A DNA stretch of 63,839 nucleotides, counting the filler, from Folioceros fuciformis (Eukaryota): assembly GCA_049999805.1 (NCBI GenBank). It is 9 parts of 9 records of this genome, joined end to end, with 100 filler letters (N's around TTAATTAATTAA, not from the genome) between each part and the next. Parts side by side here need not be neighbours in the genome. Positions count along the whole stretch, not along the records: positions 30,794 to 37,626 come from JBNGIO010003642.1; positions 37,727 to 51,342 come from JBNGIO010003643.1; 7 more parts are not named here. One strand, 5' to 3'. Both the position numbers and the translations under genes were made by a program. Within the stretch, counting starts at the first letter, position 1, and the number at the start of each line of letters is the position of its first letter. The notes beneath the pieces were generated by a model. It searched no databases. It was not told the DNA's origin and was given only the letters and a program-made list of their open reading frames with translations. Shown here in pieces: positions 30,794-43,900 of this stretch.

Positions 30794-32633
30794 CCCCAGA
30801 TGGATCGCAGTTCCGGGTCTCTGCGTTTGCCCATGATACCCTTTTCTTTTCCTCGGCAGAGGAGGCTTCTTTGAACGCTCTACTCCAGCAAGTCAAGGTA
30901 TTTGGGGAGTTGTCGAGTTGCAAGGTTAATTGGACTAAGACTCGCATGATGTGTTTTCACATGGAAGAGGAGCTTCCCCCATGCATTCGACACATTCGGC
31001 GGGTGACGCAAGGGTCTTCTCACAAGTATTTGGGACTTCCCTTCCATGAGGGAGACGAGAATGGTGAGATAGGCAAGTATTTGTGTCTCAGATTCATTCG
31101 TAAAGCAACGAGTTTGCAGCTGTTGGACCTTAACCTTGAGGGAAGGTTGGTGGTAATTAACCATATCCTCACAGCCTCTCTATGGTATTATTTGTTCTTG
31201 TGGGCCCCCTCCAAGATGGAGGTAAAACGGTTGCAACAGGTGTTGACTTCATTCTTGTAGAGACGCGCGGGGNNNNNNNNNNNNNNNNNNNNNNNNNNNN
31301 NNNNNNNNNNNNNNNNNNNNNNNNNNNNNNNNNNNNNNNNNNNNNNNNNNNNNNNNNNNNNNNNNNNNNNNNGAGGTCTATCGACAACATCCTTGCGGAT
31401 AAACCACTTCTTGATACGACAAAGTGCTCCCCTCTCTTCAAGTCAATCTGGAGTAGCTACTTAGAGGTTAAGCAATGCATTCTCCCTTGTTGCCCTTTGC
31501 AAGTTGATGATGTTCTGGGTATTCCTTTGCAAGGTTTCTCAAAGTTGTGGGCTCCAGAAGTTAGGGCTAGGGTGTATTGGTCACAAATCTTTGGATTGGC
31601 GTGTCAGAAAGAAGTTATTTAGCTTGGTCACCTATGGAACAGATCAGAGGCTCGCTGGAAGGAGGTGGAGGAAGTTAAGGGTGAATTTGGTTTAGGGACC
31701 AGACATATTCAGCACATCTTCTCACGGTTGCGAGAAGAATTAGAGGAGAAGGTTCATCAGGTGTTAAGGCAACAACCTATCCGAGGCGCCGAGGGGTGGT
31801 ATGCATATTCCATGGATAGTAAGGGAGCTGATTCTGATAAGGATGAATAGGAGGAAGTCCTCGAACTGGATAGGGCAGTCTGGCTTACGGGCACGGCTGA
31901 AAAAGAAGAACTGCGGTCATTCAAGGTCCTTTTACCCGAAGGACATTTGGAGGATAAGGGCAGGGATGACGGTGATACCCGAAGAGAGGAGCTTAGGTCC
32001 ATCACGGTCCTCTATAAGTCTGTTTGCGCAAGGCGGTGGTGTACCCAAGTCGAACGATCTAATGGGCCACAAACCTCAGGCAAGGCAGCAGCCCGATGTT
32101 GTTAGCGGCTGGCGGAAAATTGGGAGTTGGCTTTCAGACCTGATCTATACAATTGGCCTAGAAGGCCTAGGTGCAAGGCGGTCAACCTTCGGTCTTTCTT
32201 CAACTTCCCAACGGCGGACCTCTACCTATGGATGGTACGAGCGCAGAAACTCAAGCAACGGCAACCCATGGCTCCCAAGCTACAACTATCTGTGCGGAGG
32301 CAAAAGGAGGCTACCAAGCTGCTTTGGAAGTCAGTAGGAATTCCTCCCAAGGTTAGGACAACGGTTTGGTGTTTTTTTCAAGCTTGTTTGCCTAATGCAA
32401 ACCGGTGGGATGGCTTGTTGGCTGTTGCGAGGGAAGACCAGTGTCGACTGTGCACCTCTGGTGCCCCAAATAAAAGCCAACACACGTTCTTTCATTGCAG
32501 CTTTGCCCAAGAAATATGGAGTGAGGTGAGCTATTGGTTGCAAAGGATTCTCCCGGTCGCCAACCTCAGGATCACAAAACAAACTGCACTCGTCACCCCG
32601 CACTCGTCACTGGGACTATGGCCAAAGCCCTAG
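30794..32633 (+). mobile_element. Decayed L1-clade LINE ORF2 (RT C-terminus and zf-RVT)
   Basis: FAHDT (degenerate YADD), KYLGLP, GRLVVINHILTASLWYY, LWKSVGIPPKVRTTVW and CRLC...HTFFHCSFAQEIW, with internal stops and a gap. Confidence 0.85.
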
Positions 32634-32859
32634 TCGCAATGTCTACGTAGCACAATGCCCGCACCCACGGCACCATCCCAAGTGTATTTTATCACCTAGG
32701 ATGTTTTGTGCTGGATTAGGTAATACATTGCTCTTGATCTTCCTGCTAATCGATTGCTTTTGATCTTCCAGCTACCCATACCGAGCTCGTTTTGCGCCCT
32801 AGGAAGTCATGGCCAACTTGCTATGCTTTGTTTTTGACTTGCCGCGTTCTGACTCCCTC

Positions 32860-32990
32860 CGACCTATCGTGCTCTACCTCTGCCCTCCCACACTTTGTTT
32901 CTGACTTGCCACACTCAGTTTCCGACTTGCTGCACTCAATGTCCGACTTGCCACACTCAATGTCCAACCTGCTATGCCCAGTTTTTGATT
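32860..32990. repeat. Tandem repeat, 21-bp unit
   Basis: tccgacttgccacactcaatg-like units (ORF SDLPHSV/SDLLHSM). Confidence 0.75.
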
Positions 32991-33039
32991 TTCCTCGAGG
33001 GCACGTGGATCATTGCAACTGTTTAGTTGATCAAGAAAG

Positions 33040-33400
33040 GCGACCTAGACAAATGAAGGTATAGAGAGGTTGATCACAATGTATCAAGAGAAGTACTTTC
33101 AAGTGAAAAAAGGCAATATGGAGGTGAAGCATTGCCAAGAAATTTATATCTTGGTTCCCCTGTATTACACTTGGAGTGTTTGTTGGAAGCAGTGCAAGTA
33201 GAAGGTAGAGGCACTGAAGAAGAAATATAAACAAGATGGAAAAAAGGTGAAGCAAGCAACAACGCGAAACACCAAGTTCTTGGCCTTTCTTTGAGCAAAT
33301 GAACTCCTTCTTGGGCACAAATCCTAAAGTTTTGTGGTATTCCAGGTTTAGTTGATGTGGGGATTTTTGTAGTTGATAACACTTCTGCAGTTCATGAGAA
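33040..33400 (+). pseudogene. Decayed Myb/SANT-like DNA-binding ORF of a PIF/Harbinger transposon
   Basis: Residual KCK*KVEALKKKYKQ...SSWPFFEQMNSFLG resembles the trihelix/Myb_DNA-bind_4 ending; interrupted by stops; convergent with a Harbinger transposase. Confidence 0.6.
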
Positions 33401-34199
33401 CCCAACCACTCTAGATTTCATTGAACTTGAGGATGAAGACCTCAACCAAGATACTGCAACCTCCCTAGCCAAACTTGGTGGCAAGAACAGCACACCAACT
33501 CCAATTCCATCCTAAGGGTCAGTTGCAGATTCTTGAGCCGATGATGGGCAAACGACGTAAAATACTCCTCTATCAAAAAATAGACAATCTTGCTAGGGTG
33601 TCTGCACAACGGAGCTAGGGGAAAAGAAAGACCAAGAAGTTATCCTTTAATCGCAAGTCAGATTTTCGTGAAGGTATGCAAGCTTTTACTCAAAGTTATG
33701 TGCAGATTGAGGAAGCTAAGTTGCTTCATGCATGGGAGTTTGAGAGATAGAGATTTGAGTTCATGCAAAGTGTGGAACATGCTAAAGTTCTTCATGACTT
33801 ACAACGTCAGTAGATGCAAGCCAAAGTCCAACTGAAAATAGCAAAATTTTTTGCTAGTTCTCGAGCACTAACAAAACGGAGTAGGCTTACTTCATACTTT
33901 GATGATGACAAGTGATGTTGCATGTATGTTTTTGAGTTTGTAGAGCTCATTGTTTTTATGTGTTATTCTAAATGGACAAGATGGCTTCACATACAAGTGT
34001 AACAAACAATAGCTCTACAATTACCCAACATACAATGACTTTGTGAGTGCCCTTATCAGTTTTTGTACAACATATAAACAATTTGTTGTAATCTAGAACT
34101 CCAACAAGACTTGTCTTTATTCGTTGCCTACTCAACGAAGCTGCTTCTTTATAGCATTCTCTAGATAAAATGGCTAATGTTGCATGAGATAAGGGTCTA

Positions 34200-35270
34200 C
34201 ATTTTCCCACACATTAGCCACATCAGGCTCTTTGTGCATGATGCAAAAATTATGTAGCATTATGCAAGCTACTACAGTTTGCACCACATAAGGGAGAGCC
34301 ACATTTATATTCCTCAAAATCCGCTGACTGTTTTTCAAATTTCCATATTGAGTTTTTCAATTTTCACCCTTCCGTTGCGAAGACTTTTGTTGAACCTTCG
34401 TTTCCCGAATGAGCACAGTGTATCATATGGCTTCATAAGAAAAGACATAATTAGATAAGCATTATCACCAACAATGAAAGGCCGAACATTGGTGTTTCTA
34501 ATAAATATTGTTGGCTCTGTCAATATATCATGTCAATGCAATCTTGCCACACTATTTTTCCATAGCACAACGAAGTCATGGACACCTCCTGGAGCTATGC
34601 AACTTCCATCCAAAAAAGATTGATTATACTTACAGACTCCTTGAAGAATGACACTATGCGTATAAGGATGTGACCAATATGCAGCTGGAGTGTACTTGTT
34701 AGCAAGCCTAGTAGATAACTTGATAAGCGAACCATTGATTGCACCCACCATATTTGGAATTCCTGTAAATGCAAAAAGCTTATCTGTACATGCTAATTGT
34801 CTTTGGCGACTTAGTATGTTAATGAACTTTGAAACCAACTTCCTTGGATTACTAAGGATGCTAGTAATCAGCTTGGTGTGCTTTGTCACAATGGACGGTC
34901 TAATTGCATAAGTGTTAGCAACAACTTTAGGAGATGCTCCATAAGCTAGCTTGTGCAAGACCATGGCAACTCCAAGCTCAAGTTGCAGAGGTGGCGAATT
35001 AGACTTTTTTTGAATGTAAGGACACAATTCTTCCACCAAAAGCTTGAAAGTTGGGTATGCCATCCTATACTCCTTCCTCCATTGAACATCTAACTGTTCT
35101 TGCGGCATAAGGTACCAAGCATGCATATGTAATGAACTCCAAGTTGTATTTTGGTATGGAAACTTCCACCAAAATCTCAATGAAGAATGTTGCTTGATAT
35201 GCAAATCAAAGGATTAAGCTCCAACCAATGAAAGTACTAAAGGAATAACAAAAACATCCATCATTACTTA
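34200..35270 (-). mobile_element. PIF/Harbinger transposase (DDE_Tnp_4), decayed
   Basis: YRMAYPTFKLLVEEL, VAMVLHKLAYGAS, GIPNMVGAINGSLI (GAIDG with D->N), SVILQGVC, PGGVHD, IVGDNAY..LMKPY and FNKSL..GRVKIE; frameshifts present. Confidence 0.88.
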
Positions 35271-36162
35271 TCACACCATTGTCCCCATTGTAAGCTATAA
35301 AGCATAGCTAAGTAGGTCCATACATTCTACATAAGATTTTATGAGAAAACCAAATAACATATTAAACAACATGAAATTCATAATTGAATCCAAATGAAAA
35401 CAAGACACAACACAAGACTACGGCTAGCGCTAGGCACACGGTCAAAAAGAGGGGAAGGCAAGGCATGAGGAAAAGGAAAATGAAGATGACACGAGGAGAC
35501 GAGTCTATGTATATGAGAAAAGGAGGAGGGTTATTTTTTTATAGTAGGTTATTAAGATCATACCATCGCGGGTCATGGGACCACGGCTCGGCCACCACCC
35601 GGTACTGGGCCTTTCTGAGCAGTGCAGGATTTTATTTTGGATTAAGATACGGAAAAAGACCCGTTCATTACGGTGAGTTTACGCAGAACGCCGGGTTCCT
35701 ATGTGAACAGCCTTTCAATCATCGTCACCTCAGCACTGGAGCGTCGGTTGTACACGAAAGCAAACACAATCGGCTTCGACTGGATCATTCTTACAGATAA
35801 ACCAATCTATAGGCACAAGACCACAGTCTGAATACCAATCTGTATACAAACGGAAACGAATCTTGGTAGCCAGATTAGGGCTAGGTTAGTAGACCGGAAA
35901 GTGCGTAGCTCAAAGGGGGAAATTGGGGACCCGACACAACTCTGTACACTCGACATAGGGAAGGAAGAAACCCTCCACAACATCTTCGGGCTGCTGAGCC
36001 CGGAGGTGCCAAAGAACACAATACTGTGTACAGCACACTCCTATTCCTTACAAAAAGAAGAAGAAAAAAAAATGCATGGCGGTCACATTTATCACCGTAA
36101 ACACTTCCTCACTTCACGCCCAACTAGGGCTCTGAAAGTCTCCGCAGTTCAGATTCTACAAT

Positions 36163-37140
36163 CTACAGCTCCACTTCTTTACCGATGTAGGGCTTGGACG
36201 CGTACTCCTCTTCCTCCTTGGGGCTGTGGATGGTGACCATATCCGGCAACGGGGTCATGGGGCCCTGCTTGCCCTTCGGGTCCCAGTCCAACATGATCTT
36301 CACCTTGATTCCCAGCACTCCCTGCCGCAGCAGTACATGCCTTACTGCGCTATCGATATACTCATTCACAGGGCTGCCAGACGAAATCATATAACCGTCC
36401 TTGAACTTCATGGATTTGGCACGCTGTGCCCGCAGCTTCCCACTGACGATAACTTCGCAACCCTTGGCTCCACTCTCCATGATAAACCTCAACACGCCGT
36501 AACAGGCTCTGCGGACAGCCAGACCACCCAGCAACTTGTACCGCAAAGACTCGGCCTGGGCAATGGCACAGAGGCCACGGTTGTTCACCTTCTCGGCATA
36601 CAGTTCCACTGTATTTTCAGGGAAGCTAAACCTCTTCTGCACAGCGGAGGTAAGTTCCCTAATTCGTCGCCCCTTCTCACCGAGGACGTTCTGTGTCCGG
36701 GTAGCACGGATGATAATCTCCGTCCGCATAGGTGTCACGCGGACCTCGACGCCGGAGTAGCCGTCCTCAGCTAGCTCCCTCGTAAGCATCTCATTCAGCT
36801 CCGCAAAGAAGACACCATCGGCAACGAACTGTACACAATAGCAGGGCGTCAGTCACCATACTCCGCAGGTTGGTTCACACAGAGCCACGCCAGATTTCCA
36901 GAATCCAGAAAACTCCAACAGTCCCGAATTGACGAACCAATTCCAGCCACGCGTCTCTCAACCAGCACACCATCAGCAGGTACGAGCTCCATACCACAGA
37001 AAACCCAATGACACCCTCTAGTCGCAATGGCAACAGCCAACTGACTTCCCCTGCAAACAACGTAAGGCTTCCCGCATACAAGACCCTGGAACAAAGAGAC
37101 AGTTACATACCTTCCGCTTCTTGCTCATTTGTGTCGCCAT
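36163..37140 (-). CDS. RPS3: 40S ribosomal protein S3 (uS3), 231 aa, 2 coding exons
   Basis: Exon 1 37111-37140 [10 protein letters not shown]; exon 2 36163-36828 [33 protein letters not shown]...[16 protein letters not shown]. Confidence 0.98.
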
Positions 37141-37305
37141 GGTGGGCGCGTCAACTGATACGCTCCTCTCGATCTACCAGGGAAGTCGGAAGGATGACAG
37201 CCGGAGACAGATTTCGCCAGCTCGAGGCGCAGGAGGAACAGATGCACTTCGAGCTCTCCTACACGCGGATTACCGTATTTTCGATGTGCGGACAACGAAA
37301 CAGAG

Positions 37306-37317
37306 CCCTAACCCTAA
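37306..37317. promoter_or_regulatory. Telo-box-like motif upstream of RPS3
   Basis: ccctaaccctaa lies ~170 bp upstream of the ATG; telo-boxes (AAACCCTA) are typical of plant ribosomal-protein promoters. Confidence 0.5.
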
Positions 37318-37952
37318 GTGGGATGAGAGACTTCCATTATATAGGACTTTGATGGTGGATGGTTATTTTAGAATCGCACGCAAGCCCTAAATAGAATCTA
37401 TTTTTCTTAGTGCACCATTACTGTATCTGTTATTTTCGAGTACAGTGGGTGCTAGCTATGGAGGTGATGTGTAAAATTGACGGGGTCCATCAGGTTTTTT
37501 CCTTCCAGATTCTGTAACATTCCTTCGTATTACGGATTACTACTTTCTTAAGCGGGGTTCTAACTTTTAAAAGGTGGCGGGGTACATGACCACTGAGATC
37601 GCAGCCTCCAGCTTGAGGCCATGGCGNNNNNNNNNNNNNNNNNNNNNNNNNNNNNNNNNNNNNNNNNNNNTTAATTAATTAANNNNNNNNNNNNNNNNNN
37701 NNNNNNNNNNNNNNNNNNNNNNNNNNTAGGGTTGCGGGCTGCAGCCGAGGGTTGCCTCAAGAAGCAGCCGGACCTGTAGGTTGTTGCTGCTGGAGCTCGG
37801 GGCACCGGGTCAGGGAGCTCGCACAATGGGGGAGGGATGAGCTGGTCCTGGACGGTGGGAGAGCTCAGGAGCAGTGCAGACCTGAGCAGGAGGAGGAGGA
37901 AGAGGAGGAGGAGGAGCTGCTGCTGCCCGTGCTAAAAGTCGGGGACGGCGGG

Positions 37953-40900
37953 ATGGCGATATTCATGTCGGACGCTGAATTGCAGCGGGAGGGTACCGAC
38001 GTGGGAACCGTTGTGGCCAGGGCGGAGGCCTATATCGTCGATCTTCAGCGGGAGCTGGAGACGCAGAAGGCAAGAGCGGATGCGGCAGCAATCAATGTGG
38101 AACAGACGTGCGGGTTGATAGAGCGGAAGTTCCTGTCGCTCACTGAGCAGTACAGCCAGCTGGAGCAGCAGAAGGAGCAGACCACAGCCACGCTCGAACG
38201 GCGGTCTGGGGAGCTTGCGCTGGCCCAGGCGCAGACGCACCGGCTGGAGCTTGAAGCTGTGAGTTTGTCCAGTACGGGTTGGATCGTAGTGGAATTCGGA
38301 GCGGGCTGTGCCAGTGTGTGTAATATGCGGGGAGTGATGTTGGTGTGCGTGTCTGGTGCAGATAAAGCGGGATGCGGAGGTGGAGAGGTTATCCTTCGAG
38401 CTCTCGGAGTTGAGGAAGTCTAAGAGGGAGTTGCTGGATCTTGTGGATCACAAGAATTCGGAGTTGGACGAGAAGAATTCGTCCATCAAGTCCTACTTGG
38501 ATAAGATTGTGAGTGTTTTGAATGCATGCTTGTGTGGAGGTGTGAAGACGAGATCAGATGTGGGAGTACTTATTTGGATCGTGTTGCACCCTGTTGCTGC
38601 TGCTAGGTTGCCTTGACTGATGACCGGAGTACGCTTGAAAGCAAATTGCATGAGCATGAGGCAGAAGTTACTCGCCTTCGGGCTTCGCAGACGCGGTTGG
38701 CACAGGTTAATGTCATGTTGATACTCTGCCTGTTTGGCCTTGTCGTGTTTGTGGCTTTTGGTGTCGGCTAACTTTGTTGTCCTCTTGTGTAGGAGAAGGA
38801 ACTGTTGAGCCAGCACAATGCCTGGATCAATGACGAGCTATGTGTGAAGGTTGCTGCCTTGCTTGAAGAGAGGAGAACACGTGCAGAAACTGAATCAGAG
38901 CTTCGAACTAAGCTGGCAGAGGTAATTGTTCGTATTCGAAGTAAGATCTAAGAACATTTTCTTGTCTTGAGGACATGGGCCGGATAGGTGAATAAGCAAC
39001 CTGAGATTCTGTTGTCTGACAGGCTGAGAGGCGTGTAGAGGAACTCGGAGAAGCAGCACGGAGACATTCTGACCGGAACAAGGAACTGGAGGCCAAGCTT
39101 GCTGAGTTGAGGGAGGTAAATTCAGGAGCACCGAGTTGTTTGGCTGNNNNNNNNNNNNNNNNNNNNNNNNNNNNNNNNNNNNNNNNNNNNNNNNNNNNNN
39201 NNNNNNNNNNNNNNNNNNNNNNNNNNNNNNNNNNNNNNNNNNNNNNTGATTGAGCAACCACCTCCTTTGACAACCAGGACTTGAAATTTGCGAAGGAGGA
39301 TGCGTCAGCAAAAGTGGACCATCTTTCAAATGAAATTGCAACTGTACGTCATGGTGGTGTGTTGTATTCATTTGGTGCTGGGTGTTTCTGAGCTGAGTCT
39401 TCCCGTACCGAGTAGACCAATTCTAATACTTGGACTCACAGGCAACTAAGCTTGCTGATCTGTACAAGGAGAGTTCAGATGAATGGTCAAAAAAGTCTCA
39501 CGACCTTGAGGGTGTCATCACAGCACTCAAGGTGATCCCCCCTACGTACCCTCCTTGTCATTGTGGATTGGACCAGCAGGTTGCAACAAGTAGCGGCTTT
39601 ACATGTGTCATGCACTCTTTTGCAGGGATATCTGAATCAACTAGAAGTAGAGCACAATAACAAGCTGGATGAGGAGAGAAGGGCTCGGGAAGCTGCACAG
39701 AAGGTACGGTGGTCATACATGTTTGACAATACATTTTCTAGCATCCTGTGCATTTCTTTGACTTTGGTGAGTGACTGCTGTTACAGGAATCGGCTGACTA
39801 CAAGCAACAACTGGAAAAGGTTACCAGTAATGACGGCCGGATGAAAGAGGGTTATTTGGCGTTGACCACTGTGTCAACGTCTGTCCTGGATGTCACAAAG
39901 TTCGTACATGTCATTCGCACTACATACAAATCCTTCATCGTTTTGCTCTCAGTCCGACTTTGTTCAACGATGTATGACACCTCACTCTTTTTACAGTGAT
40001 AAGCAACTCTCTATGGAGCTTCACGAGGATGGATCACTGCTGCCGCCAGGGCTCCAACTCTCGGGGACTGCTCTAGCAGCTTCCCTCCTCCGAGATGGAT
40101 GGAGTGTAAGATATCCAATGGCGTTAAGATTGCATTGTGAAGTGATTGCTTAGTGAACGGAAGAAGGGAAGTGATTGCTTAATCAACTGAAGATGGGAAC
40201 ATTGACTCTGCACTTTTGGGCCACTTTTTTCCCCAGATAGCTACTATGTACAGTAAGTACCAGGAAGCAGTGGATAAATGGAGACATGAGAAACAGGCGA
40301 GACACTACTCAGAGGGCATCTTGCAAAAGGTACTATGGTATGGTGCATCCACCTCAGTTTCCAGGGAGAGAAGGTTATTCGGGTGTTCATCTTGACTCTG
40401 TCTCTCCTGGTGTGTAGGTTTTACATGAGATTGAGTCTAAAACTGACTTGATTCTTGATGAAAGAGGTATGTTCCGTCCAATTAGAAACCACGGAAAGCA
40501 GTTATACTGTGTTTGATGTGTGCTGTAGTCATGACCACAATTGTCACAGTTTATTGCTGGTGTGTTCAGCTGAGCATGAGAGGATGGTTCGGGCTTACAC
40601 AGTAATGGAGGGAAAGCTAAGGCAGTCCATGGCGGATCAAGTTTCACAGGACAACATCATTAAGGACCTCAAGGTGCTTGTTAAAGATCATTCAAGGTTT
40701 TTTTGCCCTTGAAATGGTGAAATTGGACGGTATCTCTGGTAAGCGTTGTGTCCTTGTACCATGATGCATGGGCCTGCTCTGAATTTTGGCGCTCTTGCAG
40801 GCTGAGCTCAGGAAGAAAGATCGAGATTTGAAAGGAGCAGGAAAGGAGCTCTCAGACCTTCAGACGCAGGTTTTTCACAGACCCAGATGGTGCCTTCTGG

Positions 40901-43900
40901 CCTCACATGTAATGCAAGATCTTACTGTCTCAGTCATACATTTTTGTTGTTGGTGTGTCCAGGTGTCTGTATTGCTGAAAGAGTGTGGTGACATTCAAAA
41001 ACGGTTTGGTGCTGGAGACGCGAACAATCAAAATGGGAATGCCGATGTGCATACTCCATTGGCTGGCTATGAACTGTCATATGCAGATGCTGTCATCTCC
41101 AGTAGGCTTGTAAGTCCAGGAATCGCACCAGTGTTCTTGCTACAGTCTAAACATAATGTCTGTGCGGACACCTTCCAAATAATTCTGCGAGCGTGCATGT
41201 ATTATGTACAGGTTACTTTTAAAGACATTAGGGGGATGGTGGAGCAGAACAGTCAGTTGCGAACTGTTGCTCGGAACCTAGCGCAGGAGAATGAAGAAAA
41301 GGAGGCATTCTTTAAGGTGCCTTTTTGTTTTTGGATCTATCTCCATCTTTTTAGATCTTATCAGATTTGCTGACTATTGATTCGGTTTATTGCAGGAATC
41401 TTTTGAGATAGAATTGCAGAAACGAACTGAGAAACTCGTTCAGAAAGTCTCTGAAACTGTGGAAAAGCTAGAGGAAGAGCAGCAATTAAGGGAGACATTG
41501 CAAGCAACAGTGCGTCATCCAATCAGTGTGCTTGTCTGGCTGCTACAGTTGCTATGATAGTAGTCTGCATCTAACTCAAGATTTGGTAATACTTGCAGAT
41601 CCGGATGTATAAAACACTGTTTGAAGAGACCAATGCCTCACGAAATTCCCAGCTATCTCCAACTTTGCCACTAGGTTGGTTAATGTAAATGAGTCAGACA
41701 CTGCTTTGGAATGGTGTCATTCCATCTGTGAAGACTAGAACAGCCGTTCTAGTGTCTCCCTGTCCTGATGGGAATGGCCATTTGATGATTTGCTTTAAAG
41801 TATTTTGAGAGTGCACCGGATTTCATGGATGATGGGGTATGCTTTGCAGGTGACGGAGGAGAAGATATGAGAAAAGTGCTCAACAACAACCAAGTAAGGC
41901 CTTTGGTTGTAGTTCTGGAACGTGGAAAGACTTCCAATTCGTAACCTTTTGTCCGTTTGGTCAGGCCGGATGTTGAGCTGGCTTTTTGCGTTGAACAGGT
42001 TGAGATTCAGAAGCTGCGAAATGAAAGTGCTGCACGTATAAAGGCTCTTGAAACAGAGCTGGAAGTTGCAAAGTAATCCCATGTGGTGTTATCTTCTGTT
42101 TTTTAATTCCATAGCTATCCCACGTGACTTGTGGGTATGGAGTGTGAAGAATTGTACATCCCTTTCCTGGAAAGGAAGAAATGTAACCAGGATGGGCCCT
42201 TGTAACAGGCAACAAGTCATCAACTCCCGTGTTGAACAAGCCAGAGCGGATGGAGCTGGTTCATTTGCAAAGGAGCAATTAGAGTCTCAAATGAGAGATT
42301 TTGAAAATCAGGTAGGTGGTCTCTACTGTTGGAACAGGTTTACTTGACAATTTCCGAGGGTAGTCAACAACTTGTGAGGGTAGTCAACACAGACCTTCAT
42401 TGCGAGGGCAGTCAACAATTTGCGCAATGATTTGCATCCTTGCGAGGGTAGTTCTAGACCTTCAATGGCTATGTCTTGGTCCTGCAGCGGAAGGAGTTGG
42501 AGTCACTGCTTCGAAGGAATATGGAGTATTCTCAGACAATTACGGACTATCAACGGAAATTGCGGGAGAGTGCCCAGACTGTGCAAGCTGCAGAAGAAAA
42601 TGCCCGAAAACTGTCTATCGAAGTATGCAACCAAGATCTTGTATGTTTGTGGATGCATGAGGTGGTCTGGCATTCCTGAAATAGATGGTCTTCTAGGTCT
42701 CTGTATTGGAGCGTGAGAAGGATCTGCTAGCTGATGCTGAGAAACGGGCTTCGGATGAGGTGGCCTCACTGTCGGATCGTGTTCATCGTCTACAGGTTCA
42801 AACTTTTCCCTTAGTTGAAGAAGGTTTTCCTTTATTTTAGGGTGATTTGAACCTCCTATTAAGCATTGTTCTTTCCTGCAGGCAACCTTGGATACTGTGG
42901 AGAGCGTGAAGTCTTTTCAGGAAGTATGTGGACCATCCTATAGGTCTTACAGCATGTCAGAGAAGTCGTTGAGTACAACACATTATGTATGTGGAATTCC
43001 TGAACTTACGTTCTTGGATTCAATGCAGAATATGAGAGTTGAAGAGGTGAAGCGCCTAGAAACAGAGTTGAACCGTATGCAGGTGTGCAGAGAACAACTA
43101 TTTGGCTGCATTGCAGTGTTCTGTATGTTTTAATACTGCGAAGGTACTATGTTGTGCGGTTTTATCAAATATGTTCTTTTGTTTCAGAAAGAGTGGGCTG
43201 AAGCAAGGCGAGACCTGGAGGCAGAGAGGTTACGCATTGGTAGTCTGACATCTCAGAGAGATCTATCAGTGAATCAGGCTTTGGACAGGGTGGATTCAGT
43301 TCGAAAAGAGCTCACGGATGCTCTCAAAGCTCTTTCCACAGCTGAAACACGAGCTCAGGTTGCAGAGGTAAGACTTTGGTACCAAGGCTGTAATTGTACT
43401 GAGTTCCTGGTGTTGAATTTCTGCCAGCTGTAAGGCTGAAATTGTTCTGTGATGGCAGGCCCGCTGTATTAATCTGGAGGCCGGTTTAAAGAAGGCAGAG
43501 GAAAAGGTTGTTACATTTGGAAAGCATGTATCTTACAAGTGGTGAACATGTCCTGGAACAATCTTTTTTGACTTGTCGTTTTCATCACAGATTGCTGCTT
43601 TCGTTCGAGGTAAACCATATGAAGCTGATGAAATGGCTTCAAGCACTGATGAGGAAGTGAGTGCCTGTAACAGCTTGTGCTCTTTTGCTGCACATTGTCC
43701 TTGTGAGGGAAAGAAGATCAGACTGGTTTCCTGTTCCTAATTTCTCCCGAACAGATGGTTGTCTCTTTACAACAAGCAAGGGATGAGCTGGAAAAAATAA
43801 AGGAGGACTTGATTGCCTCGCGAGGTCATACTGAGCAGGTATTTGAAAAACTGAACAAAAGAGTCGCACCTGTGTTTAGCCCTGTCCTTTAACGGGCAGT

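Noticed and set aside
32620-35615. Terminal inverted repeats for the Harbinger element
   Set aside because: Only a weak match (aaagccctagtc vs aaaggcccagta) and no convincing TAA/TTA TSD.
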